64,000 nt of DNA from Vicugna vicugna (taxonomy: Eukaryota). Shown here in pieces: positions 1 to 11,859 of the stretch. Positions within the stretch are counted from its first letter, which is position 1. Each line of letters opens with the position of its first letter. The stretch spans positions 3,549,061 through 3,613,060 of the forward strand of contig MU058423.1 in NCBI GenBank assembly GCA_013265495.1. Reading direction: 5' to 3'. The notes under the pieces are model-generated. The model was given only the letters and a program-made list of their open reading frames with translations. It was not told the DNA's origin and searched no databases. Made by a program: the position numbers and the translations under genes.

Positions 1-235
1 TGTGTATCTTGTATCTTTTGAAAAACTGATCTTGTATCTTTTGAAAAGAGCCCAGAGTTGAAGAGAGTTTATTTCTGGCATTACTGCATATTTACGTTCC
101 ACTTATATTAAATAGATGTATTTGTTTTTAAAAATGACTTGTTTCTTCATTTGAAAAAATAGTCTAACTAAGGCAGAAAAATGGCTGTCATGCATCTTAT
201 ATCGTGGTAGGAGTTTGAATAATATATATAGTATT

Positions 236-925
236 TTTTTTTAATTGAGGTATAGTCAGTTACAATGTGTCAATTTCTGGTGTACAGCACAATGTTTCAG
301 TTATACACACACACACACACCTGTATTTGTTTTCATATTTTTTCATTATAGGTTACTACAAGATATTGAATATAGTTCCTTGCACTATACAGAAGAAATT
401 TGTTTTTTGTCTGTATTTGTATATAGTAGTTAATATTTGCAAATCTTGAACCTCCCAGTTTATCCCTTCTCACCCCTTTCCCCCTGGTAATCATAAGATT
501 GTTTACTATGTCTGTGAGTTTGTTTCTGTTTTGTAGATGAATTCATTAGTGTCTTCTTTTTTCTTTGTTTAGATTACACATATGAGTGATAGCATGTGAT
601 ATTTTGTTTCTCTTTCTGGCTTACTTCACTTAGAATGACAGTCTCCAGGTCCATCCGTGTTGCTGCAAATGGCATTATTTTATTCTTTTCTATGGCTGAG
701 TAGTATTCCATTGTATAAATGTATCACAGCTTCTTTATCCAGTTATCTGTCAATGGACATTTAGGTTGTTGCCATGTCTTGGCCTATTGTAAATAGTGCT
801 TCTGTGAACTTTGGGGTGCATGTATCTTTTTGAATTAGAGTAATTGAATCGAATAATTACTGATATTGAGCATTTTTTCTTGTGCCTATAGGCCATTTGT
901 ATGTCTTCATTGGAGAATTGCTTGT
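236..925 (-). mobile_element. Young 5'-truncated L1 (camelid-type 3' end) with internal deletion
   Basis: Poly-T tail, then the L1 3'UTR reverse complement (ttgaggtatagtcagttacaatgtgtcaatttctggtgtacagcac) shared with copies at 34.4, 48.6 and 60.8 kb. ORF2-like remnant FSNEDIQMAYRHKKKCSIS. Flanked by an imperfect direct repeat (213-235 vs 924-946). Confidence 0.92.
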
Positions 926-1744
926 TTGAGTAATACACATAGTATTATTGAAAAGACTCCATATAATTTTTCCAAATATTTTTGCCTTTTCCAAAAAGCC
1001 ACAGCAGTTACTGTCTCTACCATATATTTTGACATAAGATGGTATTTTTTGTGATGTCCAAATTCCACATTTGCCAGTTAGGGTTACACCCCTGGGGGTC
1101 ACATTGCCAAGGAGAACCCCACGTCACAGGGTTTCCTGGCAGATCTTGGTGGAGTATCAGTTTGTCTTGAAGTTGCAGGAAACAAAAACCAAGTTTACTG
1201 GTAAGTAATTACAACAATTTTATAATGCAGATTATACAATTATAAAGATTATAAAAATTTGATTAAAAAAATAAAACAAAACATAAAAGACTGCAAAGAT
1301 ACTCTGTGCTCCGACTTGAATGCTACCCAGGCTCCAGAAGTAACCTGCCAGCTCTCCCTGGCTCCCTGGGGCCCTTTGTCAGAAAAATGCTGCAGATTTG
1401 TTTCTTGCCTGTTTGTCTTATATCCCCCATCAGGAGGATGAGCCTCACGTGACTAGGCATTGTGTTTTATACTAGTCTGTTCTTTGAGCTTTACATTCGG
1501 TCACATGTGTAGAAGTGTGTTATGATTTCCCTGTCCCCAAATTGCCAGCTTTTTGTTCTCATGAATTTTTTTTTTTTTGAGTTTTGTTTTTTGCTTTTTT
1601 TTAGCATTTTTTTTTTCGGCATGTTCTCTGGTTGTCAGTGGGCCCTGCAGCCCTGTACTCAGAAGATACTGGACCACAACCACTGCAGCATTGTTTGCTT
1701 TGAAAGCAGAAATGCCCCAAAGCAGGGCCAAGTGGCATTTCCGT

Positions 1745-2175
1745 AAACATTCACTTACTTCTTGGTTCTTTTCAGTGAGTATTAAATGCCTACTGTGTGC
1801 CAGACACTTTTAGGGGCTGAAGAGACTGCGTTGAACAAAACTCCGTACCTTTTCTCGTGGAGATTATCTAGTGGAGCCAGACAGCAAAGTAAGTACAGTA
1901 TGTAACATGTCATGCTGATAAGGACAGAGGGCAGTGCTGGGGCTGTCTGCAGTTTTAGGTAGAGAAGACTTTGCTGGGCAGGTGCTGTTTAAGTAAAGGC
2001 CAGAAGGAGGCACGAGAATGGATCATACTGATGTCTAGGAAGCGCGTTCCTGGCAGAGGGCTTGCAGGTAAAGGCCGTGGGTGGAGGGGACATCATGGGG
2101 ACCAGTGTGGCTGAGCAGAGTGAGCAAAAGGGAAGGAGTGAGCAGTGAAGCCAGAGGCGCTGGAGAGAGGTCGTC
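1745..2175 (-). mobile_element. L2 (L2a-like) 3' fragment
   Basis: Typical L2 3' end reverse complement: gagtattaaatgcctactgtgtgccagacac...gaacaaaac. Confidence 0.75.
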
Positions 2176-5100
2176 GGCCCAGCATTTCCAGTACTGTAGT
2201 AGTAGCGGTTACTGGGTGAAGTCTCCTAACCCAGACTCAGTGTCTCTCCTCTGGGGGCAGGAGTTTCATTATTGTAAACATGGTTGGAAAACACCTGCAG
2301 TTTCTGTAACTGTCATGTCCATCACACACAGAGTAGTTTCCCCTGAATACGCTGTCCCAATGAAGTGGCCCCTTCCCCATGTGGCATGTCTATTGGCTAC
2401 CCTCTGCCTTTCCCTCTCCAGGGAGAATTTTAATTTTTAAAAAGAGAAATTAACTTAGAGACCTTAAAATCTTTCTACATATTTTCCTAAGAACTAGAGA
2501 ACTTGAATGTTAGCAAAGCAACAAGGCTCTTGTGGTCCTCACTTCCTTCTCTGGCTACCTTGTATCTGCCCAGGATTTGTTGATTTGTTTATAATCTATA
2601 CAAGTTGTACAATATTCGAAACAATGCTTTTATTTATTTTTTGTTAGTTGATATTGTCTGGCTTTGAATTTATTTCCGCGAAGTTAAGATAATAGTAACA
2701 AAGAAGGGGTTTGTATTTTGTTACCCTTGAAAGAGGCGCTGTTCTGGCCCGGGATTTTAACACATTGGAAATACTCTTTCGGACTGAAACTTATCGCACA
2801 TCCTTGGTATTTGCTAATCTGCTGTTTTCCAAGGATTTACACTCATCTCTTCACATACCATTCCATGGCACAGTCATGACCATGGGTTCAGGATGAATTA
2901 GCCTAAATTCCAGCCCCTGTGATCAGTGTCAGCTGCAGACAGGCCTCACTCAGCCCCGACATGTGAATCTTAGTGTGCCAACTGGGATGTGCAAAAAATG
3001 TGACATTTTTGAATTTTCTTTAAATCAGCTTAAATCCAGCTGGAAGCTCCTGTACCACTCTGTTGTGTCAGTGACCTGGGCGCTTAGCCCCTTTGGACAC
3101 TGGTTATGGTCCACCAGCTGCTGCTAAGGGGCCCTTCGTTGCAGCCTGCATGGCCCCTTGGATACAGAGGCTGTGCCATGCCTGGCATGGGAGTAGTTGG
3201 TAAGACATGCAGCATCTGTACCTGGGTGTTGCCTTTCCATTCTGAAAGGGTGAAGAGCTGAATGTCAATCTCTCCTTACCGTGGGACCCACCAACCTTTG
3301 TCTCTTTCCCAGGCCCTGGGTTTGCCCCTTTTTCTTTTTGTTCTTAAAGGCACCCATCTGCTCATCCCCTGGGACTCCTGGCATCCTGTCTGCAGGTAGC
3401 TTAGATGCTTGCAAAAGGCAGAAGAGCCTCTGATTGACAGTGACTTCCGTTTCCCTCTTTTAAAAATCACTGAGGGAAGGAAATACTATTTCCTTGTTTG
3501 AAATAAGATGAAAGGGAACATATAGGGGGAATAAACACAAACTCAGTTATCTTGCTGTAGGCTCTCAAACCATCTCCTTGTCCTCTGTGTCTCAGGAATG
3601 AGCCTTGTCATGCTGCAGAATGGTGGGCTCTGCACCCATGAAACAAGGCATCGTTCCACCCATTGAATCTCTAAATCCCCAGAACATTACTGATATGTGG
3701 CAATGTGACTTCACGGCCAGATGGTTCAGTAAACAGTGTCCTGAATGAAAAGTCAGCAGTACTGATTGTTGACACTTTTCAAGGGCTTGGGAGGTGATGG
3801 GAAGTAGAAGGTAAGATTAAGTGTAATGTGGAAAAGGATGACGAGATTCTGCAGAGTTACTGTTTCAACATCTGTTTTGCTTTGGGTGATTTAGAGAATA
3901 TGAGTGTAAGCCCTCAGGAGGCATGGCTGGTAGGATGCAAGTGTAGACTTGCAGGTGATGTTAATGACTCAGGTGCTTGGGGCTCTCACAGTAGAAGAAT
4001 CTGCAAGAAAACAAAAGGTGAGGAAGACATTTTAAAGTCTATCCGTTTGTGATCTTCACTCCTCCTCTGGTTTTGTTCCCTCCCCTCCTTACTCTGTAAA
4101 GATGTCCCCTCTGGGGAAATATAAGGAATTCTTCCATAAGGTAATAAAACTATATTAAGAGGAAAAAGTCAGTAGACAATGGAAGAATTTTTCTGCAGTT
4201 TGAAAATTTTGCTATTTCATGTGTTTGTTTTCTTGGGCTAGTGAAAATGTATGGCTACTGTTTTAGGCAATTCTGACCAAACTATAGGAGATTCCTCTCT
4301 TTGCCAAGACTTAGCAATTCACTTCTTCTTCTTATAAGGCATTGAGCAAAAAGATTCAGAACATCAAGCAACGTACATTGGTCAAGAGAGTTACTCAGCA
4401 AAGTTCTGTTTTTTTTTTCATGGCACTAGTAACTAATAATCAGATGGTGACTCCTGGTGAGGTATTTCCCTCCCCTTTTCAGGGTTCCGAGCAGTGGAGC
4501 TCCCCCTGGTCGGGAGGGGCGGGAAGAAGGATCTGGAGAGGCTGGTTCAGTGCAGCTCTGGGGACATGCCCTCAAGGTCAGAAGTGAAACGAACAGCCTC
4601 ATTTATCACTATGGTGATTGCTCCTGATTGTATTTAATTACAAATTTGTCCATTTGGGGCACCAAGGACCATAACCACGGTTCTCTAGTCGCTAATACTA
4701 ACATTCCAAGTATCAATCATGCTTAATTTCTGCTTAATTTCTGGGAGAGAGAGAGCAAGGGAGAGGGGAGAGAGAGAATTGATTGATAAGTTTTGCAGCC
4801 CATTTCATGCCTGCCTTTGCTGAGTTTGTATAAATTATCTCTTTAAAATAGCCCAGGCTTTGGGAACACTAGTACAGTCAAGCTCCCAGATGGGTGGAGA
4901 GTCACGTAGCAAATGGCCAGGAACCTCAGCCCAAAGGTACAGTATTTTCCAAGGATTTCTTCGCGTATCCTACCCTGTGCCTTACTGACTGGGAACAGAG
5001 GAGTTATAACAAACACTCTTTAAGTAGATCCTTATATTTGGTCTCTCATCCAGTGCAAAGTGAAATGGGAAGGCTGGTTTTTCCCTGCTGTGGCAACAGC

Positions 5101-5864
5101 ACAGGACCAGTGAAATAATGACACTTGGCCCACGGGACAAGGCTTTGAAGGTGCTGGTCATGGGGCTTCCCCACAGCAGCCCAGGGACCACCATTCCCGA
5201 AGTAGAAACTGTTAGGGCCCGGTGTTTTATTTAATTTTAACACCATGGCTTTTCACTTAGTGCCAGATACAACTGTTCAGTTTCAGATGATCCAGATTAA
5301 GGTGATCTACAAACTGAGGTAGGGCCAAGTTTACCCCAGCCTGTTGGGTCCAAAGTTGACAACCCTGACTCTTATAAATTGTAATCCATATACTATCCAC
5401 TCCTGTGGGGTGTTGTTTTTCTTCAGGCAATAGAATAATGCCTCTAATTGGAGGGGGGTGGTCTCTGTATCCTTGTTGATTGTGGCTTCACAAGGATGCT
5501 GACGGCTTTGGTTGGGTAAATTAAATGGACATATGTATGTAATTGCCAATCTGATGTTAGAATAAACTGTCCCGAGAAGTCATCCATTGCAATGTGTTTT
5601 TCCACTGAGAGCAAAGCCAGGTATTTTCACTGAACCTCCAGGACTTCCAAAGTGAGCCAGTAATTGTACACATCATGCCAGTTACATATGTAAAATATAC
5701 AAAGCAATACAGATTGAGGGGAAGTTACAGATTTAATAAAATTGCTTGGGAGAACAAAAGTAAACTAATACTTGTAAGGATCACATTAGACACTGTAACT
5801 TCTCAAGCAGATCTTCTTTGAAACAGTTGAGCCTTCCCACCTATGTAATTTTTTTTTCACACAG

Positions 5865-7185
5865 CCTTCTTGACATATCATTGAGATATGGAAAACTACA
5901 CGTTTAAAGTGTATAATTTAAGTTTTGACATATTTATGTATACATAAACACAGTCAAGGTGATAATCATACCATCACCGCTGAAGTTTCCTACTGCACCA
6001 GGGAACCACTTATCTGCTTTCTTGCTAACACTGTAGATTCGCTTGCATTTTATAGACTTTCACATAAATGTGTCTGGCTTCTTTGACGATGCATTCTGAT
6101 TCCTCTGTGTTGTTGCGTGTGTCAGTAGTTCATTTTTTAAATTGCTGAGTACTGTTCCACTGTAGGGCTATTCTGTGATTTGCTAATGGACACTGACCTG
6201 TTGATGAGCATTAGAGTTACTTCCAGTTTTTGACTATTACAGATAAGCTGCGATGAACATTTATGTACAAGCTTTGCATGGATGCATGTTTTTAGTTCTC
6301 TTGGGTAAATATTTAGGAGTGACATGTCTGTACCACTTGCTCCACATCCTTATCTTGTGGGTTTTAGCCACCCTAATAGGAATATTGTTCTCTTATTGTG
6401 GTTTTAATGTACATTTCCCTAATGATTTGTCAGGTCTGTACTTGGCAAATACTTTCTCCCAGTCTGCTGCTTGTCTTGCCGTCCTCTTAGCTGTGTCTTT
6501 GAAGAGCACTTTTAAATTTTGATTCTGTCCAATTTATCAATTTGTTCTGTTTGAATCATTGTATCTAAGAAAACTTTCTTAGATTTTAAGAGTTTCTAAA
6601 ATTTTAAGAAACCTTTCTCCTATGTATTTGTCTAGAAGTTTTGTAGTTTAAAAGGCCTTACATTTAGGTCTATGATTGGTTTTAAGTTAATTTTTGTATA
6701 TGGTACAAGGTGTGGATGGAAGTTCAAGCTTTTGCATGTGGCTATTCCGTTGTTCTTGTACCATTTGTTGAGATGACTGTTCTTTACTGAATTGCCTTTG
6801 TACTTTTGTTGAAAATCAGTTGTCTGTATATGTGTAGGTTCTATTGCTGAACTCAATTCTGTTCTGTTGATCTGTTTGTATATTTTAATGCCACATTGTC
6901 TTCATTACTATGGCTTCATAAGTCTTGAAATCAAGTACTGTAAATCATCCAAAACTTTATTCTTCTTTTTCAAAGTTGTTTTAGATATTCTAGGTCCTTT
7001 GCATTTCCAAATGAATTCTGGAATCAACTTGTCAACGTCTACAGTAAAGCCTGTTGGAAATTTGATTGGGATTATGTTGAATCTAGATTAATTTGGGGAG
7101 AAATGATATCTTCTTGACCCATGAAGAAGGTATCACTCTCCATTTCTTAATTTAAAAAAATCTTTGGTAATGTTTTGTAGTTTCA
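5865..7185 (-). mobile_element. Old L1 (L1MB/L1MC-like), ORF2 3' end and 3'UTR
   Basis: Minus-strand ORF remnants resembling L1 ORF2 (HPHLVPYTKINLKPIIDLNVRP; LLNIYPRELKTCIH) in T-rich L1 sequence. Confidence 0.85.
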
Positions 7186-7189
7186 TAGC

Positions 7190-7520
7190 AGTATGTATGA
7201 ATCTAATAAAAACTCATAATATTGAGTAAAAAATGCAGCTGCTGAATACTTATTATGTCACCTTTCATGTAAATAAAAAAAAACACTGCAATTAGTTATC
7301 AATATAGTATTTAAAAATAATATAGGATTTAAAATATAGTTTTAAGAAAAGCAACATTCAGATTAGTGGTTGCTGTCAGGTGGGAAGGGTTGTGAATTAG
7401 GGGGCATTCTGGGCACTTCGACAATACTGGTTACATCTTAGGCTGGGTAATGGAGCCACATCGTATTTTATATATACATATACATATATATGTATAGTAC
7501 AGAATATTTCATTAAAATAT
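7190..7520 (+). mobile_element. Ancient L1ME-like 3'UTR fragment
   Basis: aatctaataaaaactcataatattgagtaaaaaatgcag...attcagattagtggttgctgtcaggtggg resembles old L1 3'UTR. Confidence 0.5.
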
Positions 7521-7899
7521 TTGAGTCAAAACTGTAAGACGGGAGATAGCTGTATGATTTCTAATCTACTCAAAGAAACAAAGGAAATACGAGAGCTTAA
7601 GCAGCCTAACAGAACTGAGCAAAGGGGATGTAAAAGAAGCTGTGAGGATGTGTTAGGTACAGGTATCACGTATGCATGTGTTTACAAAGCTTGTCAAGGC
7701 ACAGGTCAGGATCGCTGCTGAAACACACAGTGTTACTCTCTGGAGCAAAGGGAAGTCATGGGTGGGCTGTGCAGGAGGACGTTCACATTTTCATGTAGAC
7801 CTACATATTGTTTGAATTTTGGCAACTAGTATGTTTCACTTTCATAATCTTTAAAACCATAAAAAGCAAAATGAGATTATATTCTATATGATATTTTAC

Positions 7900-8095
7900 C
7901 ATCTTACTTGCTCTGGTCCTCGGCTTGTCTGCCTTCAGACCCTCTCCTTGCCCTCCCGCTGCCCTGCTCTGTGTTCCTGAGGGCCAATCCTCCAGGCTGT
8001 TTCCCAGGCTCTGGGTCTGCTGTTCCCAGCTGGAGCTGCCCAGTGGAGGCACTGGCAGGAGACTGGAGGGCGGAGGAAGGGAGGTGCTGCCTTTG
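7900..8095 (+). mobile_element. ERVL LTR fragment (LTR33-like)
   Basis: ctgccctgctctgtgttcctgaggg...cagtggaggcactggcaggagactggagggcggagga resembles LTR33. Confidence 0.55.
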
Positions 8096-8606
8096 GAAGC
8101 TGCTGCTCAGCACAGTAAATACAAACAGACTCACACATCTAAACCCACCATTGCAAAGTTCAGAACCCCAAGGATAAAGGGGAAAGATCTTAAAAGCTTC
8201 TGGCGCCTTCCCCACCTTATCTACTTCCCCATCCTGCCCCTGAATCCTTGTCTCGTGGTCTGCTTCTGAGGGAACCCAAACTGAGGCCGTCCACCGCCAA
8301 CAGATCTGGAAAGTCAGCCGAAGCATTTTATTTAGATAAACAGCTGACAAAACTCTTAAGTAGTTACCTCTACCTGGAACAGGCCTGGAGGTGGGAAGGG
8401 GTGGAACAGGGGACTGATGCCTTCAAATAGATACCCGTACACGTATGTGAAAAACAATCATTTGAAACATAAAGCAAACTGGAATGATGTGACAAACGAA
8501 GTCAAAACAAGAGAGCACAAATTTATCTGAGTCTTCTGGCCGGGGCTCTGCCTCCCAATCACTTAACGTTGCTTGAACGTGTCAGTCACTTTTGAAAGAG
8601 AGCCGT

Positions 8607-9197
8607 TGCTGGCAGTCTTAAGTGAGTAGGTCATGATGAGGTGAGAAGCCCCATAAAAAGACCGGCAGGACCCCCAGGCAGGGTGACTACTCTCCTGACA
8701 GCACCATCTTGTTCCCTGGTCCAGAGGCTCTATCTCACTTTTTGCCTCTGAAATGGCTTACTCACCACTAAAATTCTATTGGTTCCCTGAGCTCATTCCT
8801 GATTGGTTATTTCCTTCACTCCTGATTGGTTCATTTGTAGTACTTCATTTGCATGGAGCTCACTCCTGATTGGTTGTTTCTCTCACCTCTGATTGGTCCA
8901 TTTCCCTCACCCCTGATTGGTTATTTCCCTCCCTCCTGATTGGTCCATTTCTACAAAGCTTGTTCCTAATTAGTCAACTTTTGTTATACCTTATTTGCAT
9001 ATGATGTTGCAAAGTGTAAACTGGCAGCCTATAAAAGCCTGTGTAAACTTGCAGACAGGATCCAGAGCTTGGAGTGTTAACTCCTCTGGGCCTGCTGGCC
9101 TAATGAACTTGAGTTGTCCAATTCTTCTAGTGCTGCTTGGTCTCTCGCTCGGATCCAGGTTGCTGTCACAACTGTGCTGTAATACCGAGCTGTAACA
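8607..9197 (+). mobile_element. Young ERV1-class solo LTR with CCAAT-repeat U3 (MER51/LTR12-like architecture)
   Basis: Tandem ctgattggt units, ATTTGCAT at 8847 and 8993, TATAAAA at 9030, and a TGTAACA end at 9191-9197. CGTT occurs at both junctions (8604-8607 and 9198-9201) as a possible 4-bp TSD. Confidence 0.85.
8778..9036 (+). promoter_or_regulatory. LTR promoter module: 7 inverted CCAAT boxes, 2 octamers, TATA box
   Basis: ATTGG at 8778, 8802, 8825, 8869, 8892, 8916 and 8939; ATTTGCAT at 8847 and 8993; TATAAAA at 9030-9036. Confidence 0.7.
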
Positions 9198-9222
9198 CGT
9201 TTTTTTTGCAACAGTGGGACCC

Positions 9223-9235
9223 AGGTCAAAGTTCA
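9223..9235 (+). promoter_or_regulatory. DR1 nuclear-receptor element (HNF4/RXR/COUP-TF type)
   Basis: AGGTCA-A-AGTTCA read directly from the sequence. Confidence 0.5.
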
Positions 9236-11602
9236 CAATAACTTGCATGCATATGAGGTAAGAAGTAAATGTACGCATGAGCCAATAGCATGAGTTGGCA
9301 TTATGAACAATGCGCGTGTGCGGGCACAATAAAAGGACAAGTGCGTACACCTGAGGGCTCCTGCCACCCGCTTGTACTGCAATAAAGTGCTGTTTTGCTC
9401 CATGTTGGCTCTTTGCGCATTATGTCAGCTCCTTGTGCCTTCTTCCAGTTGGGCAGCTCACCTCGACTCCCTCTTCAGCCTTCCTGGGCTGACAGCCATA
9501 ATCTGAGTTAGATGATTAGATGGGTCCCAACAGATGAAATATATTCTCTACAGAAATTCGAAAAGTTACAACTTTAATCATAATCATGGGGAGAAATATC
9601 TTTCCCATCTTGTGTTTTCGCCACTGAATAGGAAATGCGCAGACTGTATCGATAATCACTGCAGGGATGAGATGGAGTTTGTTAAATAAAACAGTACTTT
9701 ATGAGACACTGCTGTGTGAAGAGGCGCTTTGTACAGGGCACGACTGTGTCGTCGTCGTTTATAGGAAGGAACATTCTGTGTCTTGGGTTTGAATGTTGCT
9801 TCTTGTTGGGTCTTCTCCTGATAGTACACTTGTGTCGAATGGAAGCTACGCTCCACGTCTCTGTAGGAGCAGCTTTTGACGCCCCAAAGGCCCTGGCACC
9901 AAACTGCCCTTACGAGGAACGGTCCATGGCCTCCATCTTCCACTGGGTGGCAGGCTTCTCCCAACTCTACCCACTCCAGGTCCCCAGGAGGGAATCAGAG
10001 CCTCTGAGCTTTTCAGCTTTGCCTCCGTCTGGAAAATCACCGGGCTGCCTCGGGCCAGATGTGTTTCCCTTGCACAAACCAACGTTACCTTATTTCAAGG
10101 AGGGAAGACAGGGTCGGCTTGGTACCATTCCAGGAGAGAAGGTGACAAAGGAGGCCCTTTATGTGTAGCACTGAAGAGAAGTGCTGGTTCTTTTTTTTTT
10201 AGACAGTTTTTCAAAATTAGAAAAATTCCATGTTTTACCAGTCAAATTAGAAGTGATTAGAAGGAAAAAAAACCAAGCACTTCTGCTCATACACAGACTT
10301 ATATTTAAATATTCAGATATGAAAATTGTGACCATAGGAGATATTTTGGGATATTTGTTTTTATAATGATGAATATTTTTTCACTTACTTAAAATATTTT
10401 GAGGCATGTACTCGTAAGTCAAGCTTGAAGGAGGGTAAAATAAGTGTAAAAATAACATAAGTAAAATGTACCACAGAATTGAGTTTACTCACAGAATTGA
10501 GTTTACCCCATTCTCTTTGGGGGATTTTTAACAAGAAGTTGTTTTCATTGATTGTACTCTGGTTGACATGTTTTAAAGAAATACAACTGAAGTTTCAGAT
10601 TAAAACAAGCTCACTCTGGTGTATCCCTGGAATAATTAGCATCATGGGAAGAATTTAATATTACTATTAGGCAACTCAATCTGCATTTTTGGATTAATCT
10701 TCAATTCTAGTAAACAGCATTTTTTAAATGCTAAATTATTTCAATATTACACAAATACGTAAGTATAAATGTTTGTTAAATACACAATTATGACATCCAA
10801 AGGGAATTCCTTAGAGAAAATAAGACTGCAAACACTTCATTGCATAGATCCTAACAAACACAAATTTTGATCAGAGCAAAACAGAAATGAGGCTGGGGAA
10901 GAGAGATGTTGGGTTCTGATGTAATGATGGGGCGCACCTGCTGCTCACCTGTTTTCCCGACTCCCTCTGCGAGCAGGGACCAAGGCAGGCCGGGCTCGCC
11001 TCCTTTGCCTCTTCTTTCCTCCCTCCTCTCACCCACCACTCTCCGAGTTGTTTTTCCCTAGTTGTCTCTTTCCCCTTGTTTGTTAACTGCAAACTGGTCA
11101 CCCCGCAGCCTGAATGCCTTCGGAGGAAAGTGCTCGAGAATTGAAAAAGGAAATACAGGTAATAAACTGGCCTTGTTAGGTTGTTACAGCCCTCAGCTCT
11201 GCCTGAAACGGAGATGGGCTTTTTCAGCCCATTTCCCTCAAAATTTACAGAAAAATGGCAGTGCTCGAAAACAGAGGATCCAGAGCTGAGATCTGGTGAT
11301 ATTCCTGCCAATTTTTAGCCAGCGGTAAAATTTTCTCATCAAACAACATTTAGAACTCATAAAAGCTTCTTATAAAAATGAGAAAGAAAAAGTTATCAAA
11401 ACAAGAATTGAAATTATAAGGCTCATTCAAAAAGAATAGAGATATTGATATAGCTTCCCAGTTTTAATTATTATTATTGTTTATTTGAATTTGGGGAATA
11501 CCGTTTTTAGTGTGATACTAACTGAAATCTACTTGGCATGTAAACGCTGATTAATACTAACGGTTTTCACCAGGTCGCTCTCTTTTTTTCAAAGCCCTAA
11601 TA

Positions 11603-11792
11603 GCTGGAAAACTTGGCTGCATATTAGAACCACCTGGGTGGGGGCCAGGTGTGGCCTTTAAAAATCTCAGGCCCTCCCCCAGGCCAATTAAATGAGAGTC
11701 CCAGCAAGAGGGACATAGGCACTGGGGTTTTTTAAAGCCACCCCCACCCCCGCCCCAGGTGATTCCAACGTGCAGCCAAGGTTGGGAACCTT
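11603..11792. mobile_element. MER5A-like hAT-Charlie MITE
   Basis: aacttggctgcatattagaaccacctggg...ccccaggtgattccaacgtgcagccaaggttgggaacc, with inverted ends. Confidence 0.75.
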
Positions 11793-11859
11793 GGCTGGTT
11801 TTCTTCTGACCACGGCATATACATGATATTAATGGCTGAGATGAAAGGACTATAAATAA

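Larger units (their letters stand above)
8580..9494 (+). mobile_element. Older solo LTR, family unassigned (8580-8603 and 9198-9494), interrupted by a younger LTR
   Basis: Inverted termini TGTCAG (8580) and CTGACA (9489-9494). CCAAT, AATAAAAG (9328) and AATAAA (9381) occur in LTR order. Confidence 0.5.

Noticed and set aside
1143..1200. 58-nt exon candidate ending at CTG|GTAAGT
   Set aside because: The acceptor is weak and the sequence resembles a decayed MLT1-type LTR end.
8778..8950. CRISPR-like repeat array
   Set aside because: The roughly 22-24 bp units have similar rather than unique spacers, lie within an LTR U3, and have no cas genes nearby.
9701..10168. 155-aa ORF or processed pseudogene
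   Set aside because: No recognisable homology, poly(A) tail or TSD.
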